Position numbers and translations under genes: made by a program
Notes under the pieces: model-generated
Database searches by the model: none
Seen by the model: the letters and a program-made list of their open reading frames with translations, nothing else
What the model was told of the DNA's origin: nothing
Virus record (IMG/VR): IMGVR_UViG_3300023174_000089
Coordinates: 50,874-114,873 of that record
Strand: one strand, 5' to 3'
DNA length: 64,000 nt
Source of the DNA: a virus
In this document: piece by piece, positions 16,367 through 26,479 of the stretch
How positions within the stretch are numbered: position 1 is the first letter of the stretch
Layout: each line of letters opens with the position of its first letter

Positions 16367-16600
16367 TTAATGTACCTGTTTGTTTTCTCGTTCTGTTTTA
16401 TGTATAACATCTTTTGGTGATTCCAAAAGTTTTAAATAATCTTCTTCAATATTACTTTGTTTTGCTACCCACGTTAATCGTGCCAATATAACGGCAATCA
16501 AATTAAGTGGATGAATTTCAAATGTAGTCATCCACTTTAATAATTCTGTATCAACATCTAACGATAGTTGTTCTAACATTTCATCATTAAATGCGTCCAT
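16367..16600 (-). CDS. Hypothetical protein
   Basis: Operon packing. Confidence 0.55.
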   Translation of the reverse strand: MDAFNDEMLEQLSLDVDTELLKWMTTFEIHPLNLIAVILARLTWVAKQSNIEEDYLKLLESPKDVIHKTERENKQVH

Positions 16601-17033
16601 GATTCACTTTCACCATCTGGCCATTTCTCCATTGCTTACGCCATTTAACTGGCTCAGCATTGTTCTCACGGTCACGCCATAGTGCTGCACATTGTGATTG
16701 TGTCAAACCACCATACAAACTACAATCTTCCATAAACATCTGTTGGTCAGTTTTAGGTTTCGATTCAGGTTTAACCTCAGCCACAGGTGGTTGTGGTTTA
16801 ACTTCTTCCCACTTTGGTTCTTCATTGACAATTGGTGCCTTAGCTACTTCAATCGATTTACTATCATTCTTTGATGGCATAGCAAACACGACAACGCAGA
16901 ACACGATGCCAATGCCAGTTACAATGAATCGCCAATACATACCAACCAAAAAGATGGCAATAGCAGCAACAATTATAATTTGTAATACACCAGTGGTTAA
17001 GCCTACTGCGGCTAAATTATCAAATAATTCCAT
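16587..17033 (-). CDS. Membrane protein with two TM segments
   Basis: Two hydrophobic helices then a Pro/Lys/Glu linker. Confidence 0.6.
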   Translation of the reverse strand: MELFDNLAAVGLTTGVLQIIIVAAIAIFLVGMYWRFIVTGIGIVFCVVVFAMPSKNDSKSIEVAKAPIVNEEPKWEEVKPQPPVAEVKPESKPKTDQQMFMEDCSLYGGLTQSQCAALWRDRENNAEPVKWRKQWRNGQMVKVNHGRI

Positions 17034-17035
17034 GA

Positions 17036-17278
17036 TTACTTTTTCTCAATATATGGTTCACAATGAACATTGATTGGCACTAATACTTTGCCAGAATCAG
17101 TTTTCTTTACAACATACTCAACATTCGGTTTCATACCTGCACTAACACAATCTTTATTGTATTTGATGACATCGGTATTGGCCAATGCTTTGGGGCCTTC
17201 ATAACCAGAAAGTTTTGGTGTTGAACTACAACCCACTACCAATAATAATAAACTACTAACTACTATGCTTTTTTTCAC
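17036..17278 (-). CDS. Putative lipoprotein
   Basis: MKK + hydrophobic core + VVGC lipobox. Confidence 0.7.
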   Translation of the reverse strand: MKKSIVVSSLLLLVVGCSSTPKLSGYEGPKALANTDVIKYNKDCVSAGMKPNVEYVVKKTDSGKVLVPINVHCEPYIEKK

Positions 17279-17456
17279 TTTTTAACTCCATAATGTATTG
17301 AATAACTTCTCTTGCTTCTTTCAAATCGGATTTGTTTACTGCTTCATCAATCATTTCCAATTGAACTCTATGCAAATAATTTAAATGAATTACAATTGCA
17401 GCTTGTTTTAAATTATTCACATTTAAAGTTTTATAATAAACATATTTTTTGTTCAT
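17256..17456 (-). CDS. Hypothetical protein
   Basis: Operon packing. Confidence 0.5.
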   Translation of the reverse strand: MNKKYVYYKTLNVNNLKQAAIVIHLNYLHRVQLEMIDEAVNKSDLKEAREVIQYIMELKSEKKHSS

Positions 17457-17584
17457 TGTTTCTCCGTGGTAATATTAATTGATTTAATAACGTCCACACC
17501 TTTATCTAAGGATTGTGCTATGCCAGTAAAACCTATCGTGGCAATAAAAAATCCTAAAATACAACCTAACACAAAGTTAATCAT
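17453..17584 (-). CDS. 43-aa membrane protein (not in ORF track)
   Basis: MINFVLGCILGFFIATIGFTGIAQSLDKG...; GAGG RBS; first gene after the promoter at 17611. Confidence 0.6.
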   Translation of the reverse strand: MINFVLGCILGFFIATIGFTGIAQSLDKGVDVIKSINITTEKQ

Positions 17585-17610
17585 AAAATTCCTCTCTTAC
17601 TTTAGGTACC

Positions 17611-17661
17611 ATTGTATCACAACCACGGAATAACACAAACGAGTGTTGTATGGACACAACA
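17611..17661 (-). promoter_or_regulatory. sigma70-like promoter plus TGTTG-N8-CAACA box
   Basis: TTGTGT-16-TACAAT; palindrome at 17644-17661. Confidence 0.6.
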
Positions 17662-17880
17662 TCATTCAGGTATCAACTCCAATTTACCAATGCCAATGTA
17701 TTCTTCAATGGACTTCTTTAGGTTGCGCTTGGAGGTCGATGGTGCCACGAACACATAGTCCTGATGGTCACCGTCCTTAGGCGCAAGGACGCTGTTTAAA
17801 TAGGTCAAAGCATCAACAGGATTGCTGAACTCTTTTTTACCTACATTATTACATAGATTTGGTTTTGCAATGTATTTCAT
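17662..17880 (-). CDS. Hypothetical protein
   Basis: Operon packing. Confidence 0.55.
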   Translation of the reverse strand: MKYIAKPNLCNNVGKKEFSNPVDALTYLNSVLAPKDGDHQDYVFVAPSTSKRNLKKSIEEYIGIGKLELIPE

Positions 17881-18170
17881 TTCTTACCTTTTGTTTTTTC
17901 TGCCAATTGTTCACGCAAGGCAGCACATTCTTCTTCAAGCATTTTGTTCTTACGAACTTCTGCCATCATTACATCTTCAAACAAACTCCACAACTTATGG
18001 AATTTCACATCATAAACATGAGCAAGAGCCATTACTTGGTTTGAAAAAGAATCTTCACTATTGTTTTCTACCCAACCTTCAAAGAGGCCTTCATCAAGCT
18101 CTTTGAGGTCATCCACAATACTCCAACATTTTACAATTTGTTGTTCAAAATCAAACCTGTCGCTCGGCAT
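17877..18170 (-). CDS. Hypothetical protein
   Basis: DRFDFEQQI..CW..VDDL...Y..KF..LW phage motif. Confidence 0.65.
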   Translation of the reverse strand: MPSDRFDFEQQIVKCWSIVDDLKELDEGLFEGWVENNSEDSFSNQVMALAHVYDVKFHKLWSLFEDVMMAEVRKNKMLEEECAALREQLAEKTKGKK

Positions 18171-18324
18171 AAGTTTTCATCCATTCTGTTAAAATATTTT
18201 TGGCTTCTCTACGCTCAAGGCCAAAAGCTTGTTGCAAATAAGGTGCAGCACCAAACATATTGGTTACACCAGTTTCACGCAATGTATCCAAATACTCAAA
18301 CATTTCTTCTTTATCGAGTGTCAT
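18151..18324 (-). CDS. 57-aa hypothetical protein (not in ORF track)
   Basis: FEYLDTLRETGVTNMFGAAPYL...F...A..I...WM common phage motif. Confidence 0.7.
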   Translation of the reverse strand: MTLDKEEMFEYLDTLRETGVTNMFGAAPYLQQAFGLERREAKNILTEWMKTYAERQV

Positions 18325-18340
18325 AATTTTCCATAATATA

Positions 18341-18402
18341 AAAAGGTGCCAATCATATAGCCCGAGCGTTTCACAACGAGTCTAAAAAACTATATGATGG
18401 CA
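18341..18402 (-). terminator. Long stem-loop followed by a U-run (terminator or processing site)
   Basis: TGCCA-TCATATAG...CTATATGA-T-TGGCA stem with inner CGTT-GTGA-AACG hairpin, then CCTTTTT. Confidence 0.55.
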
Positions 18403-18408
18403 GAGAGA

Positions 18409-18735
18409 TTAGGCAGCGACTGATTCTGATTGAACCGCAGCTACTTTAGGTTGTGCCTTAGCAACAGCACCTTTGAAACGGCCATTGGCATCGAATTGAT
18501 CAAAGTTAACCAATTGGTACGCTTGAACTTTGCGACCACTCTTGATTACTTTAACGATACCACCATCTTTACGAATGTTATAGATGTTGGTACTCAAACG
18601 ATACAATACTTTTTCTTGATCGGTGCCTTTGAATACTGCCTCGATTTCAGCAGGACTTACAGGTTTACCAGATAATAATACTTGGGTAATTTTCTCATGA
18701 CGGTTTACCTTACCTTTACGAACTGTTAATGCCAT
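18409..18735 (-). CDS. Basic putative DNA-binding (winged-HTH-like) protein
   Basis: Lys/Arg-rich; RLSTNIYNIRKDGG..K....KV..Y.L pattern. Confidence 0.5.
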   Translation of the reverse strand: MALTVRKGKVNRHEKITQVLLSGKPVSPAEIEAVFKGTDQEKVLYRLSTNIYNIRKDGGIVKVIKSGRKVQAYQLVNFDQFDANGRFKGAVAKAQPKVAAVQSESVAA

Positions 18736-18834
18736 TGTGATACTCCTTCAAATAAACATAATAAAAATGTATCCTATTATACACAAGAACCTAGGTTTTT
18801 GTATACTATATGATACATACACATAACCATTCTA

Positions 18835-19983
18835 TCATACCTGTGGTTGGTTGGCAACCTCAGATGTGGTAGAAATGGTACTTGTATTGGCAGGTGATTC
18901 TACCGAACTATCAACCTTCGAATACAAATCCAGAAATGCCATTTTCGTTTCTTCATCAAAGCGATTCACACACAAGGTGATGGCCTTCATGCGGTCTTTG
19001 AAAATGGTAAAAGCTTTTGCAATATGTACCAATCGGCGAGTGGAAATAATCTCATCAGTAGCACCTTCGTCATATGATTTGCGTACCACATCTGCCCATT
19101 GTACCAAATGATCCACAAATTCTTTGTCATCAATTAATGGTGTAAGAATCTTTTTCTCAGTTTTGGCATCAGGATATTCCTGTTCTACCGTAATTGGAAA
19201 ACGCTCTAAGAAAGCATCATCAAGAATCTGTGATAGATACTTGCCTTCATCACTACCACGACCTTTGGTGTTGGCGGTGGCGATGATAGTAAAGCCAGAT
19301 TTTGGATATACCATTTCACCTGATTTCTTATTGTAATGTGGTTTGCCTTCCATAATACCTTGCAAGCACATTAGTTTGTTTGAACCACGGTCAACTTCGT
19401 CAATCAACAATACTGCGCCACGCTTCATAGCGGTGATAACAGGACCATCACGATTGACCACATTACCATTGACCAATGTAGGACCACCAAGCAAATCAGT
19501 TTCATCAGTTTCAACCGAAATGTTTACACGAATACATTCACGCTGTAATTCGGCACACACTTGCTCAACCATCAAGGTCTTACCATTACCTGATAAACCA
19601 GTAATGAAAATTGGATAGAATGCTTTGCTTGATACAATGTTTCGTAAATCTTTGTAGAAACCAAATGGCACATAATCAGGCCATTTTTGTGGCACCGATG
19701 GTTCGTTCTCATCAACCAATTTTGGCTGGCGGAACTCTAACACTTGTGCATAAGCCATTTCAGTTTCAGGTTCTTGCTGTGCTTGTTTCACAACTGGTTC
19801 ACCTGATGCAGGCACTTTGTATTGGCCTCGGTCATGGCGATATTGTGCCTTCGTAACCAACCAATATGGATACGGTGCACCTGATTCGTTACATACTCTT
19901 GTAATGTCATCACGATTCAAAATTGGTTCAACACCAAAAATTGATTCTGCTGCTGTTACAAAAGCTTTTGCATTTTTATTCAT
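18835..19983 (-). CDS. cobS: MoxR/CobS-like AAA+ ATPase
   Basis: GLSGNGKT Walker A, LLIDEVD Walker B, TANTKGRG, AFLERF, ISTRRL. Confidence 0.9.
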   Translation of the reverse strand: MNKNAKAFVTAAESIFGVEPILNRDDITRVCNESGAPYPYWLVTKAQYRHDRGQYKVPASGEPVVKQAQQEPETEMAYAQVLEFRQPKLVDENEPSVPQKWPDYVPFGFYKDLRNIVSSKAFYPIFITGLSGNGKTLMVEQVCAELQRECIRVNISVETDETDLLGGPTLVNGNVVNRDGPVITAMKRGAVLLIDEVDRGSNKLMCLQGIMEGKPHYNKKSGEMVYPKSGFTIIATANTKGRGSDEGKYLSQILDDAFLERFPITVEQEYPDAKTEKKILTPLIDDKEFVDHLVQWADVVRKSYDEGATDEIISTRRLVHIAKAFTIFKDRMKAITLCVNRFDEETKMAFLDLYSKVDSSVESPANTSTISTTSEVANQPQV

Positions 19984-20012
19984 ACATTCTCCAATTAATC
20001 ATAACAAAATAC

Positions 20013-20098
20013 TGGTGGGTAAGGATGGATTCGAACCAACTCAGCCTGAGGCAACGGATTTACAGTCCGCTGTAGCTCTCCAACTCTACGGCTTACCC
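20013..20098 (-). tRNA. tRNA-Tyr(GTA)
   Basis: GGGTAAG/CTTACCC acceptor stem, GCGGA-CTGTAAA-TCCGT anticodon arm, long variable arm, TTCGAAT loop, encoded CCA. Confidence 0.92.
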
Positions 20099-20111
20099 AA
20101 TTTAACCTACC

Positions 20112-20162
20112 ATTATACAGGTGCCACATCAAATGTCAATCGACTGTTGTTTTTTAGCAACA
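20112..20162 (-). promoter_or_regulatory. sigma70 promoter plus TGTTG-N8-CAACA box
   Basis: TTGACA-16-TATAAT just upstream of the tRNA; palindrome at 20145-20162. Confidence 0.8.
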
Positions 20163-20536
20163 CTCTCCGAATGCTTACATTTACCACGATACGAATAACC
20201 AACACAATTACATTGGTACTTACCAGATTCTAAGGTGACTGTATAGGTCTTGCCAGAATCACTCTTAACCTGCCAGTTAGGCACATTCAAAGCTTCTGGT
20301 TGGTCAACCACCACCGTTGCACCTATGGCGTCCAATTCTTTGTGTTTGACCTTCACGAACTTACGCCTACGAGTATCCATTGGTAATGGTTTCTTGAATA
20401 CCATCACCTGACCATCACTCTCACGAGCATAGGCCAATATATTGGATTTACCATCAAACAAATAGGTATGATTAGGCACCACAAAATCTGGTTCATTCCA
20501 TTCTGTAATTTCTTTGTATGCTGATATACCCATCAT
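20129..20536 (-). CDS. SWIM zinc-finger protein
   Basis: V.SDSGKTY.V......CNC.GY..RG.CKH. Confidence 0.75.
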   Translation of the reverse strand: MMGISAYKEITEWNEPDFVVPNHTYLFDGKSNILAYARESDGQVMVFKKPLPMDTRRRKFVKVKHKELDAIGATVVVDQPEALNVPNWQVKSDSGKTYTVTLESGKYQCNCVGYSYRGKCKHSESVAKKQQSIDI

Positions 20537-21323
20537 TCATCTTTCCATTGGTCATTTTCACCGGTTTCAGTCCAAACATTCCAAATCTTTGCTTCTGGCC
20601 AACCGAGTTTAATACTATACACCGCCTCTTGTGCTGAAATGGCGGATACTTCTTCATAGTGGTGATTATTAACCTTACTCATAGGATGAATTGAATCATC
20701 TACAAATTCAACCAAGTAATAATTCATTCTTCTTCCTGAGCCAAAGCTTCAAACACATTTTGGTAAATGATGTAAATATTTTCATCACCATGTTGTTTGA
20801 AAAATTGTTGTTTGCAATCTTCCATATCTTCGGCACCAAAATGATATTGATTGCCTTCAACTGTTTCAACCATATAAATTTTATAATCAAAGCTCATTAT
20901 GTTCTCGCAATGTTAGTATTGTACCGCTCTTCATAAATTAATACGATAGTATCATCAGTCAGCTCACGCAAATTATCAGCCAGCAACTCTTTGGTCACAG
21001 CCAATAATTCTGTTTTCTTGAGCTTTTTGATATCAAGCATCGAATCATTTACCAATTCATCAATTAATTGATTAATTTGTCTACTCATATTAGTCCAATA
21101 ATATCATGTATGCTGAAGCGTTATTGCTACGAAACCAATCAAGGCCTTTACGAACACCTTTATAATCACCCATCAATTCACAACCTTTGAGGTAATCATA
21201 AACTGCAACCTCATCAGGTGTTAGAACTGTGCTCTCACCACTAAACGGGTTTTGCACCTCAACTGGTTTTTTATCCAATACCATAATGCCTGGAAATAAT
21301 TCTTGAATCGATTTCTTTTTCAT
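20533..21323 (-). other. Four small tightly packed hypothetical CDSs (20533-20727, 20724-20897, 20897-21088, 21090-21323)
   Basis: Stop/start overlaps; 20724-20897 (MSFDYKIY...) read by hand replaces the listed 20708-20890. Confidence 0.55.
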
Positions 21324-21784
21324 GCTGTTTCCTTTTCTTTACAAAACTCAACAAAATCAACCAATGAACCATTAAAGATTTCTTCGTAGGTTTCATCATT
21401 TGTCATACCAAAGAAATTACAACCACAATTCATTACAATGATTTTCAATCCGTTCTCTTGCTTATAAATGTGATATTCATAATCTTGACCACAATCTTTA
21501 GCAATTACAGGATACAAATAGAAACCACCTGGTTCTTGTTTGAAGTGTGCTACCAATTGTGCAGCCAAATCACCCATACCATTGAATACCACTTCTTTGA
21601 CCGTTTTCGTATGAATCAAGCCATTCACCATACGACCACCAGATAGAAACTCGGCCAATTCGGCACCATGGCCTGTTGGATAACCATCATACTGACGATA
21701 AAAATTGATAATTGGTTCATTCACTACTGAACCTTTTTCTGTTATGTAAGAATCATACACAAATGTTAAACTTCTGGTACCCAT
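21320..21784 (-). CDS. Conserved phage hypothetical protein
   Basis: MGTRS...YRQYDGYP.GHG..L..FL, NGMG.LAAQL...FK. Confidence 0.75.
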   Translation of the reverse strand: MGTRSLTFVYDSYITEKGSVVNEPIINFYRQYDGYPTGHGAELAEFLSGGRMVNGLIHTKTVKEVVFNGMGDLAAQLVAHFKQEPGGFYLYPVIAKDCGQDYEYHIYKQENGLKIIVMNCGCNFFGMTNDETYEEIFNGSLVDFVEFCKEKETA

Positions 21785-21793
21785 AAATTCTCC

Positions 21794-22111
21794 TTAATGA
21801 CTACGATTATTAGCCCATCTAACACCACGCTGAAATGCCTCACGCTCAATACGAATCTCACGGACAGTCCGTGCATCACGCTCATACACATCAAAAGCTT
21901 TTGCATCACGCTTACGAGTAGAACTTGCACCACGATTACGAGGACCACGGAACATTACAAAATATTTGGTAAAATCAATGAATTGTTTTATTGTTTCATA
22001 GTTACCAATTGGCATACCTTTGTAGATTGACCGAAAGCCAACAGGCGATATGTGATTGGCAAATATTGCTTTCATCACTGCTTCTTTTTCTTCATAACTA
22101 AACTGTTTCAT
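21794..22111 (-). CDS. Hypothetical protein
   Basis: FRGPR motif; operon packing. Confidence 0.6.
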   Translation of the reverse strand: MKQFSYEEKEAVMKAIFANHISPVGFRSIYKGMPIGNYETIKQFIDFTKYFVMFRGPRNRGASSTRKRDAKAFDVYERDARTVREIRIEREAFQRGVRWANNRSH

Positions 22112-22405
22112 TTACGCTCCACACCATCTAATATGATTAAAATTACCAGTTAATACATTACCACGAGCAAAGTTTCTTGCCGGTGCATTCCATGATGCTG
22201 ATTTGAGAATGTCACCACGCTTAAACTTTTTATCATCTACCAACATCACCCACGAATGTGAACTGCGTTGGTTATCTTCCATGATGATATGCACATACTT
22301 ACGACCATTTACAAAATAAAATTTTTTGTTATTGTAAGCCGCTGTATTGGTATAATCATTAGCCAGATGGTTTACATAATTTTGAATTGCTTTATCTAAA
22401 TCCAT
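22112..22405 (-). CDS. Conserved phage hypothetical protein
   Basis: GRKY..I......S.H..V......GDILK.ASW.APA...ARGN. Confidence 0.75.
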   Translation of the reverse strand: MDLDKAIQNYVNHLANDYTNTAAYNNKKFYFVNGRKYVHIIMEDNQRSSHSWVMLVDDKKFKRGDILKSASWNAPARNFARGNVLTGNFNHIRWCGA

Positions 22406-22406
22406 A

Positions 22407-22709
22407 TTAACCTCTACTCAAATTAATCACACGAAAATCAAATTCCATAAAACTGGTTTGGTGCGGTACAAACATAATCTTACCAACACGATTCTTTTTA
22501 TTAGGTCTGGTTTCAAACTTCACAAACTTATCAGCAGTCACCGTAATTTTGTAGCAGTTAAAACCAGGTTCATTACAATTTGCCTGCTCTACCACGCCTT
22601 CAATAAATGCATCATCACGACCAGCACATGGTTTAAAATCATATGCACGAATCACATCACCAACTTTTGCAATACCTTCAAATTTCAACATATTATAGCT
22701 CCTACTCAA
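22407..22709 (-). CDS. Hypothetical protein
   Basis: GD.IRAYDF; first gene after a promoter. Confidence 0.65.
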   Translation of the reverse strand: MSRSYNMLKFEGIAKVGDVIRAYDFKPCAGRDDAFIEGVVEQANCNEPGFNCYKITVTADKFVKFETRPNKKNRVGKIMFVPHQTSFMEFDFRVINLSRG

Positions 22710-22720
22710 TTAATACTACC

Positions 22721-22771
22721 ATTATACACTTACCACAGGGGTTTTCAAGCCCCTGTTGTAAATATACAACA
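22721..22771 (-). promoter_or_regulatory. sigma70 promoter plus TGTTG-N8-CAACA box
   Basis: TTGAAA-16-TATAAT; palindrome at 22754-22771. Confidence 0.75.
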
Positions 22772-23075
22772 CTATTTGGTCTTTTTAATAGAATACCCTT
22801 TTAATAAAACCCATTCCACATACGCCTGAACGATTGCTGGTGTATCTGGCGTTTCCTGTTGAAGTGCCTTTAATTCTTTGATTGTAAATTCCCATTTACT
22901 CATAATTATGCCAAACTTTCATAATCTTCAATAATGTGCCGTTCTGACATATTATCATATTTTTCAATAATCAACTCTTTAAGAGCTTCGAGCAATTCAC
23001 CACGGTTCGATGTTTGAAAATAATTCATTTTATCACGAACCAAGGCTTCACGCATACGGTCAACATTTGAGATAC

Positions 23076-23348
23076 TCATACGGTCTCCTTAAACCATTCA
23101 GTCCAGAGCTCTCGCTCATTCATTTCATTCACCAATTCTTCATCGGTAAAATTGTCATAGCCTTTGAAACCAGAATACAAAAAATCAAATAGAAAATCCG
23201 TATCGACACCATTATTTTGAATACTATCAAAATCAGAGTCAATTAGCATTTTAATCATTTCTTGCCGTCTACTCATATTAATTATTGTCCTCTTCCGCAT
23301 TTTCTTCTTCCCATTCACGCATGGATTCGGTGATACAATACATTTCAT
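23076..23348 (-). CDS. Hypothetical protein (true start probably MSRRQ)
   Basis: GFKGYDNFTDEEL motif. Confidence 0.5.
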   Translation of the reverse strand: MKCIVSPNPCVNGKKKMRKRTIINMSRRQEMIKMLIDSDFDSIQNNGVDTDFLFDFLYSGFKGYDNFTDEELVNEMNERELWTEWFKETV

Positions 23349-23823
23349 TCAAAGCTTCGGGAAGATATTCTTCCGCTTCATCAGCATTCATGCCAGAATA
23401 ATCATAGAATTCATCCACGCCTTCATACACACCAGCAAAACCCATACCAGGTTCATAGTAATATGCACGAACCGCAAAACCTAATTGTTCCAACTGCTCA
23501 TAGGCCTGTATTGGAGGACCCCATGGACTATCAAATGAACCAGTCAGCGTATTACCATCAACCTCACACTCATAAGGGCTGATATCCCACTTGGTACCCC
23601 AATTATTCACACACCACGAGTACCAATCAGAGGCACCATACTTCTCCTGTAATTCTTCATTGGTGAACCGAGCAGGTGCCGTGGTGTCTTCCAACTCTTT
23701 TGGTAGTGGAATAAACTCATTCAACAATGTGCCATCAGCAAATGCTTTGGTGGCACGCTCGACCATCGCTTTATCAGGATGAGATAACTCAATATTATTA
23801 TTACACCAATTTGGCATATTCAA
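23278..23823 (-). CDS. Api92/YubB-like ferredoxin-like domain protein
   Basis: MPNWC.N, WY.W...NWGTKWD, FDSPW.PP, YYEPGM.F.G. Confidence 0.75.
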   Translation of the reverse strand: MNMPNWCNNNIELSHPDKAMVERATKAFADGTLLNEFIPLPKELEDTTAPARFTNEELQEKYGASDWYSWCVNNWGTKWDISPYECEVDGNTLTGSFDSPWGPPIQAYEQLEQLGFAVRAYYYEPGMGFAGVYEGVDEFYDYSGMNADEAEEYLPEALNEMYCITESMREWEEENAEEDNN

Positions 23824-24026
23824 AACTCCTTAATCACAAAATAAATTAATAACGCTGATGCTACCATATACAACAAAATACCTACATTAATTGCAAGCAT
23901 CATACTTTGATTACCTTGCATACATCCAATACAATATCAAACTTACGAAATTGCTCATTGGCATAGGCCACGGCTAATTGGTAACTGTCAAAAAGTAAAC
24001 CATCACATACATAAAATGTCATATAA

Positions 24027-24263
24027 TCACCTTATCAATAATTCTAAATCAGCACCCCAACCATTTACCTTTACACAGGTAGCGGTTAATACTTCGTATG
24101 GTGCACCTTCTTCCCGCAAATCATCAATACGATAGCGTGCGGTATGCTCTTCGGCATATAAACCAAGAATGGTTGGATTGTATTGGTTCTTACCTTCGCC
24201 ATTGTGGCCGGTTACGATCCATACATCAGTTTGTTTGCTCATCATTTTCTCCAAATAATACAA
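24027..24263 (-). CDS. Hypothetical protein
   Basis: GGAG RBS before MMSKQ; follows a promoter. Confidence 0.55.
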   Translation of the reverse strand: MYYLEKMMSKQTDVWIVTGHNGEGKNQYNPTILGLYAEEHTARYRIDDLREEGAPYEVLTATCVKVNGWGADLELLIR

Positions 24264-24265
24264 CT

Positions 24266-24333
24266 ATTATACAGGAAACTGGTATAAATGTCAATACCCT
24301 GTATAATAGTCGACCAAAATGGTCAACTATTGG
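24266..24333 (-). promoter_or_regulatory. sigma70 promoter plus a second-type palindrome
   Basis: TTGACA-17-TATAAT (24294-24266); TAGTCGACC-AAAAT-GGTCAACTA at 24307-24329. Confidence 0.75.
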
Positions 24334-24992
24334 TTAATCACACAAATTAACCGAACAGGCCAAAATCAATTGGCGCTTCGTTTTATCCACACCTACAATG
24401 GTATCAGCATTCGCCCAGCGTAAAACACCATAACCGCTCTGGTTTTCACCAAGTTTTCCGGCGCTCCGATACGCTTCAATGATGGCCTGCTCAACTTCTG
24501 GCGTAATTTCACCATCATAATCAATATCAATACCATCCAACCAAGTATCCTGATAAGATTCCATGCGGTGACTGCCTTCCACCATTTTCCTAGTTTTTAC
24601 TAACAATTTACCACCAAACATATTACACTCCATACATAGAAGGTGGAGATATATTTTTGTTACCAGCACGAACAAAATATATTTCCTGTTCAACATAATC
24701 CAATGGCAGGTGCAATACTCTTGCAATATGCTCACTGGTACGGCCTTTGAAGTAAAATTCCTCAATCGCCGAATAAATCAATTCTTTTTCATTTATTGCT
24801 TTCATATTACTCCAAGGTTAATTCTTCAATTTCCACATCCTCGGTTTCACCAAGGTTCTTCAATGGTATTTGATTCTGTACCATTTTCATAAACGCTACC
24901 GCCTTATCGTAATCAGAAAAGGCACGGAGATTCAACCATTCCCAACCGGCAAAATCAACCAAGGCACCAGATTTTACAATATACACATTCAT
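24334..24992 (-). other. Three small hypothetical CDSs (24334-24621, 24623-24805, 24807-24992)
   Basis: Head-to-tail packing; GGAG RBS before the first two. Confidence 0.55.
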
Positions 24993-25202
24993 AATAATAC
25001 CACCATTAATAATAAACCAAATAAAAACACATATAGATCCAACTTATACGAATATGGCATAATTACTCCGCAAAGTCCGTCCAATATTCTACTGCCTGCT
25101 CTGCCATTTCCAATGAGCAACCTAATGCTTGGGAGATTTGGTCGGCATTGTAACCACACTCCAATAATACCTGGACTTCATCCAGAAATGCTTTCATACC
25201 GC

Positions 25203-25991
25203 TCATGCTGCCTCCTTCAAAATTGTAATATGCTTCACAAAGCCAGAGGTATCGGCTTTCGCTTTACCTTTGGCATACAAACCAACCACGACACCACGAG
25301 GATCCAGAAAGCGTAAGTCCGAATCATCACCGTTGAATATAGGTGCCACGGCAGAATAACCAGGTGCTGTAAATATATGTTGCTTTGGCATGGCCATGGT
25401 TTTCTTCAAACCAAACACCACAGCAATATTCATACCTGACTGCCAAGCACGCATCACATCCGCATCATTACCATCCGCTGCTGAAAAGGTTAGGTGGTAA
25501 TTGGTGATACCTGATACCTTACGACCAAGCACCTTGGTGTAATCATAGAATTGCACCTCAGCAAACGCTGCAAAAATGTTAGTATATACTACACCACGGC
25601 GAGTAACCGAATATTTTTCCCACGATAAGTCCGAGGTGCCATTCAAACGGAAAACAGGAATCAAATCTAATTTAGCCGATTGTTTAATGGCCAACTCAAT
25701 ATCAGCAACCAACATGGACATAAATTGCTCACGGTCACTATAAAATAACCGAGTTTTACGAATCCGTGCCTGCTGAATGGTATTGGTGGTTTCACCACGC
25801 TTAAACATACCACCACGACCTGCCGTATTCAAACAAGCAGCCGCACAACCGTGGGTGGCCTTTGGACAGGTATTATAACCAGAAAGCGTAGCAGGTGCAA
25901 GGTGCAAAATGTAGGTGTTATAACCTTGAGCCAAACCTTTCAAAACCTTAGGATTGCCAGTAGATAATAATTTCATAATAAAAATTTCCAA
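25203..25991 (-). CDS. GP88-like phage protein (Cys-motif enzyme of unknown function)
   Basis: L.LAP....G..TCP.A..GC...CL..AGRG, RLNGTSD..W, FYDYTK, NYHLTFS, GD.SDLRF.D. Confidence 0.75.
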   Translation of the reverse strand: MEIFIMKLLSTGNPKVLKGLAQGYNTYILHLAPATLSGYNTCPKATHGCAAACLNTAGRGGMFKRGETTNTIQQARIRKTRLFYSDREQFMSMLVADIELAIKQSAKLDLIPVFRLNGTSDLSWEKYSVTRRGVVYTNIFAAFAEVQFYDYTKVLGRKVSGITNYHLTFSAADGNDADVMRAWQSGMNIAVVFGLKKTMAMPKQHIFTAPGYSAVAPIFNGDDSDLRFLDPRGVVVGLYAKGKAKADTSGFVKHITILKEAA

Positions 25992-26006
25992 TCAATCAAA
26001 ACAACC

Positions 26007-26067
26007 ATTATAAAGGTATGGTATGGAATGTCAATAAAAATCGAACATCCGTTGTAAAAAAACAACA
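26007..26067 (-). promoter_or_regulatory. sigma70 promoter plus CGTTG-N8-CAACA box
   Basis: TTGACA-16-TATAAT; palindrome at 26050-26067. Confidence 0.75.
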
Positions 26068-26254
26068 CCAAAACCTGTATATAACCAAAAGTAATATAGC
26101 AAGTGTTGCAAAGTGTGAAATTGTGTGAAAAAGTGGGATTTTCGCTAATACCATCGCCGCATATATGCTACTTGCGGCTCTTAGTTTGTTCCCACGATTC
26201 TCCGCACAATTCCTACCATTTCCTGAGTATCCTAGAGAAGAGCTCCTAAGCATT

Positions 26255-26464
26255 TCAGAATACCTCATTTAATTCCGTGTAAATTACTGAGCGGCCATGG
26301 CGCTTTACTAAGGCTATTTCATTACAGCGCCGGCTCTCTAGTGTGAATATACTAGGCTTTTCTACTGTAATATCCACCTTAACGGTTAGGCCAAGGTCAG
26401 CCTGTAGCATGGCCAATAGTGCTTTCTTATCGTTTAGTGATAATGCTTTAATATTCTCTAACAT
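26255..26464 (-). CDS. Hypothetical protein
   Basis: AGGTG RBS; N-terminus resembles that of 26528-26800 (I..LS..[DE]K.AL). Confidence 0.55.
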   Translation of the reverse strand: MLENIKALSLNDKKALLAMLQADLGLTVKVDITVEKPSIFTLESRRCNEIALVKRHGRSVIYTELNEVF

Positions 26465-26479
26465 ATTACACCTGTAAAA

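Noticed and set aside
26008-26268. Listed 86-aa ORF
   Set aside because: Runs through a promoter and operator box and has atypical composition; probably non-coding.
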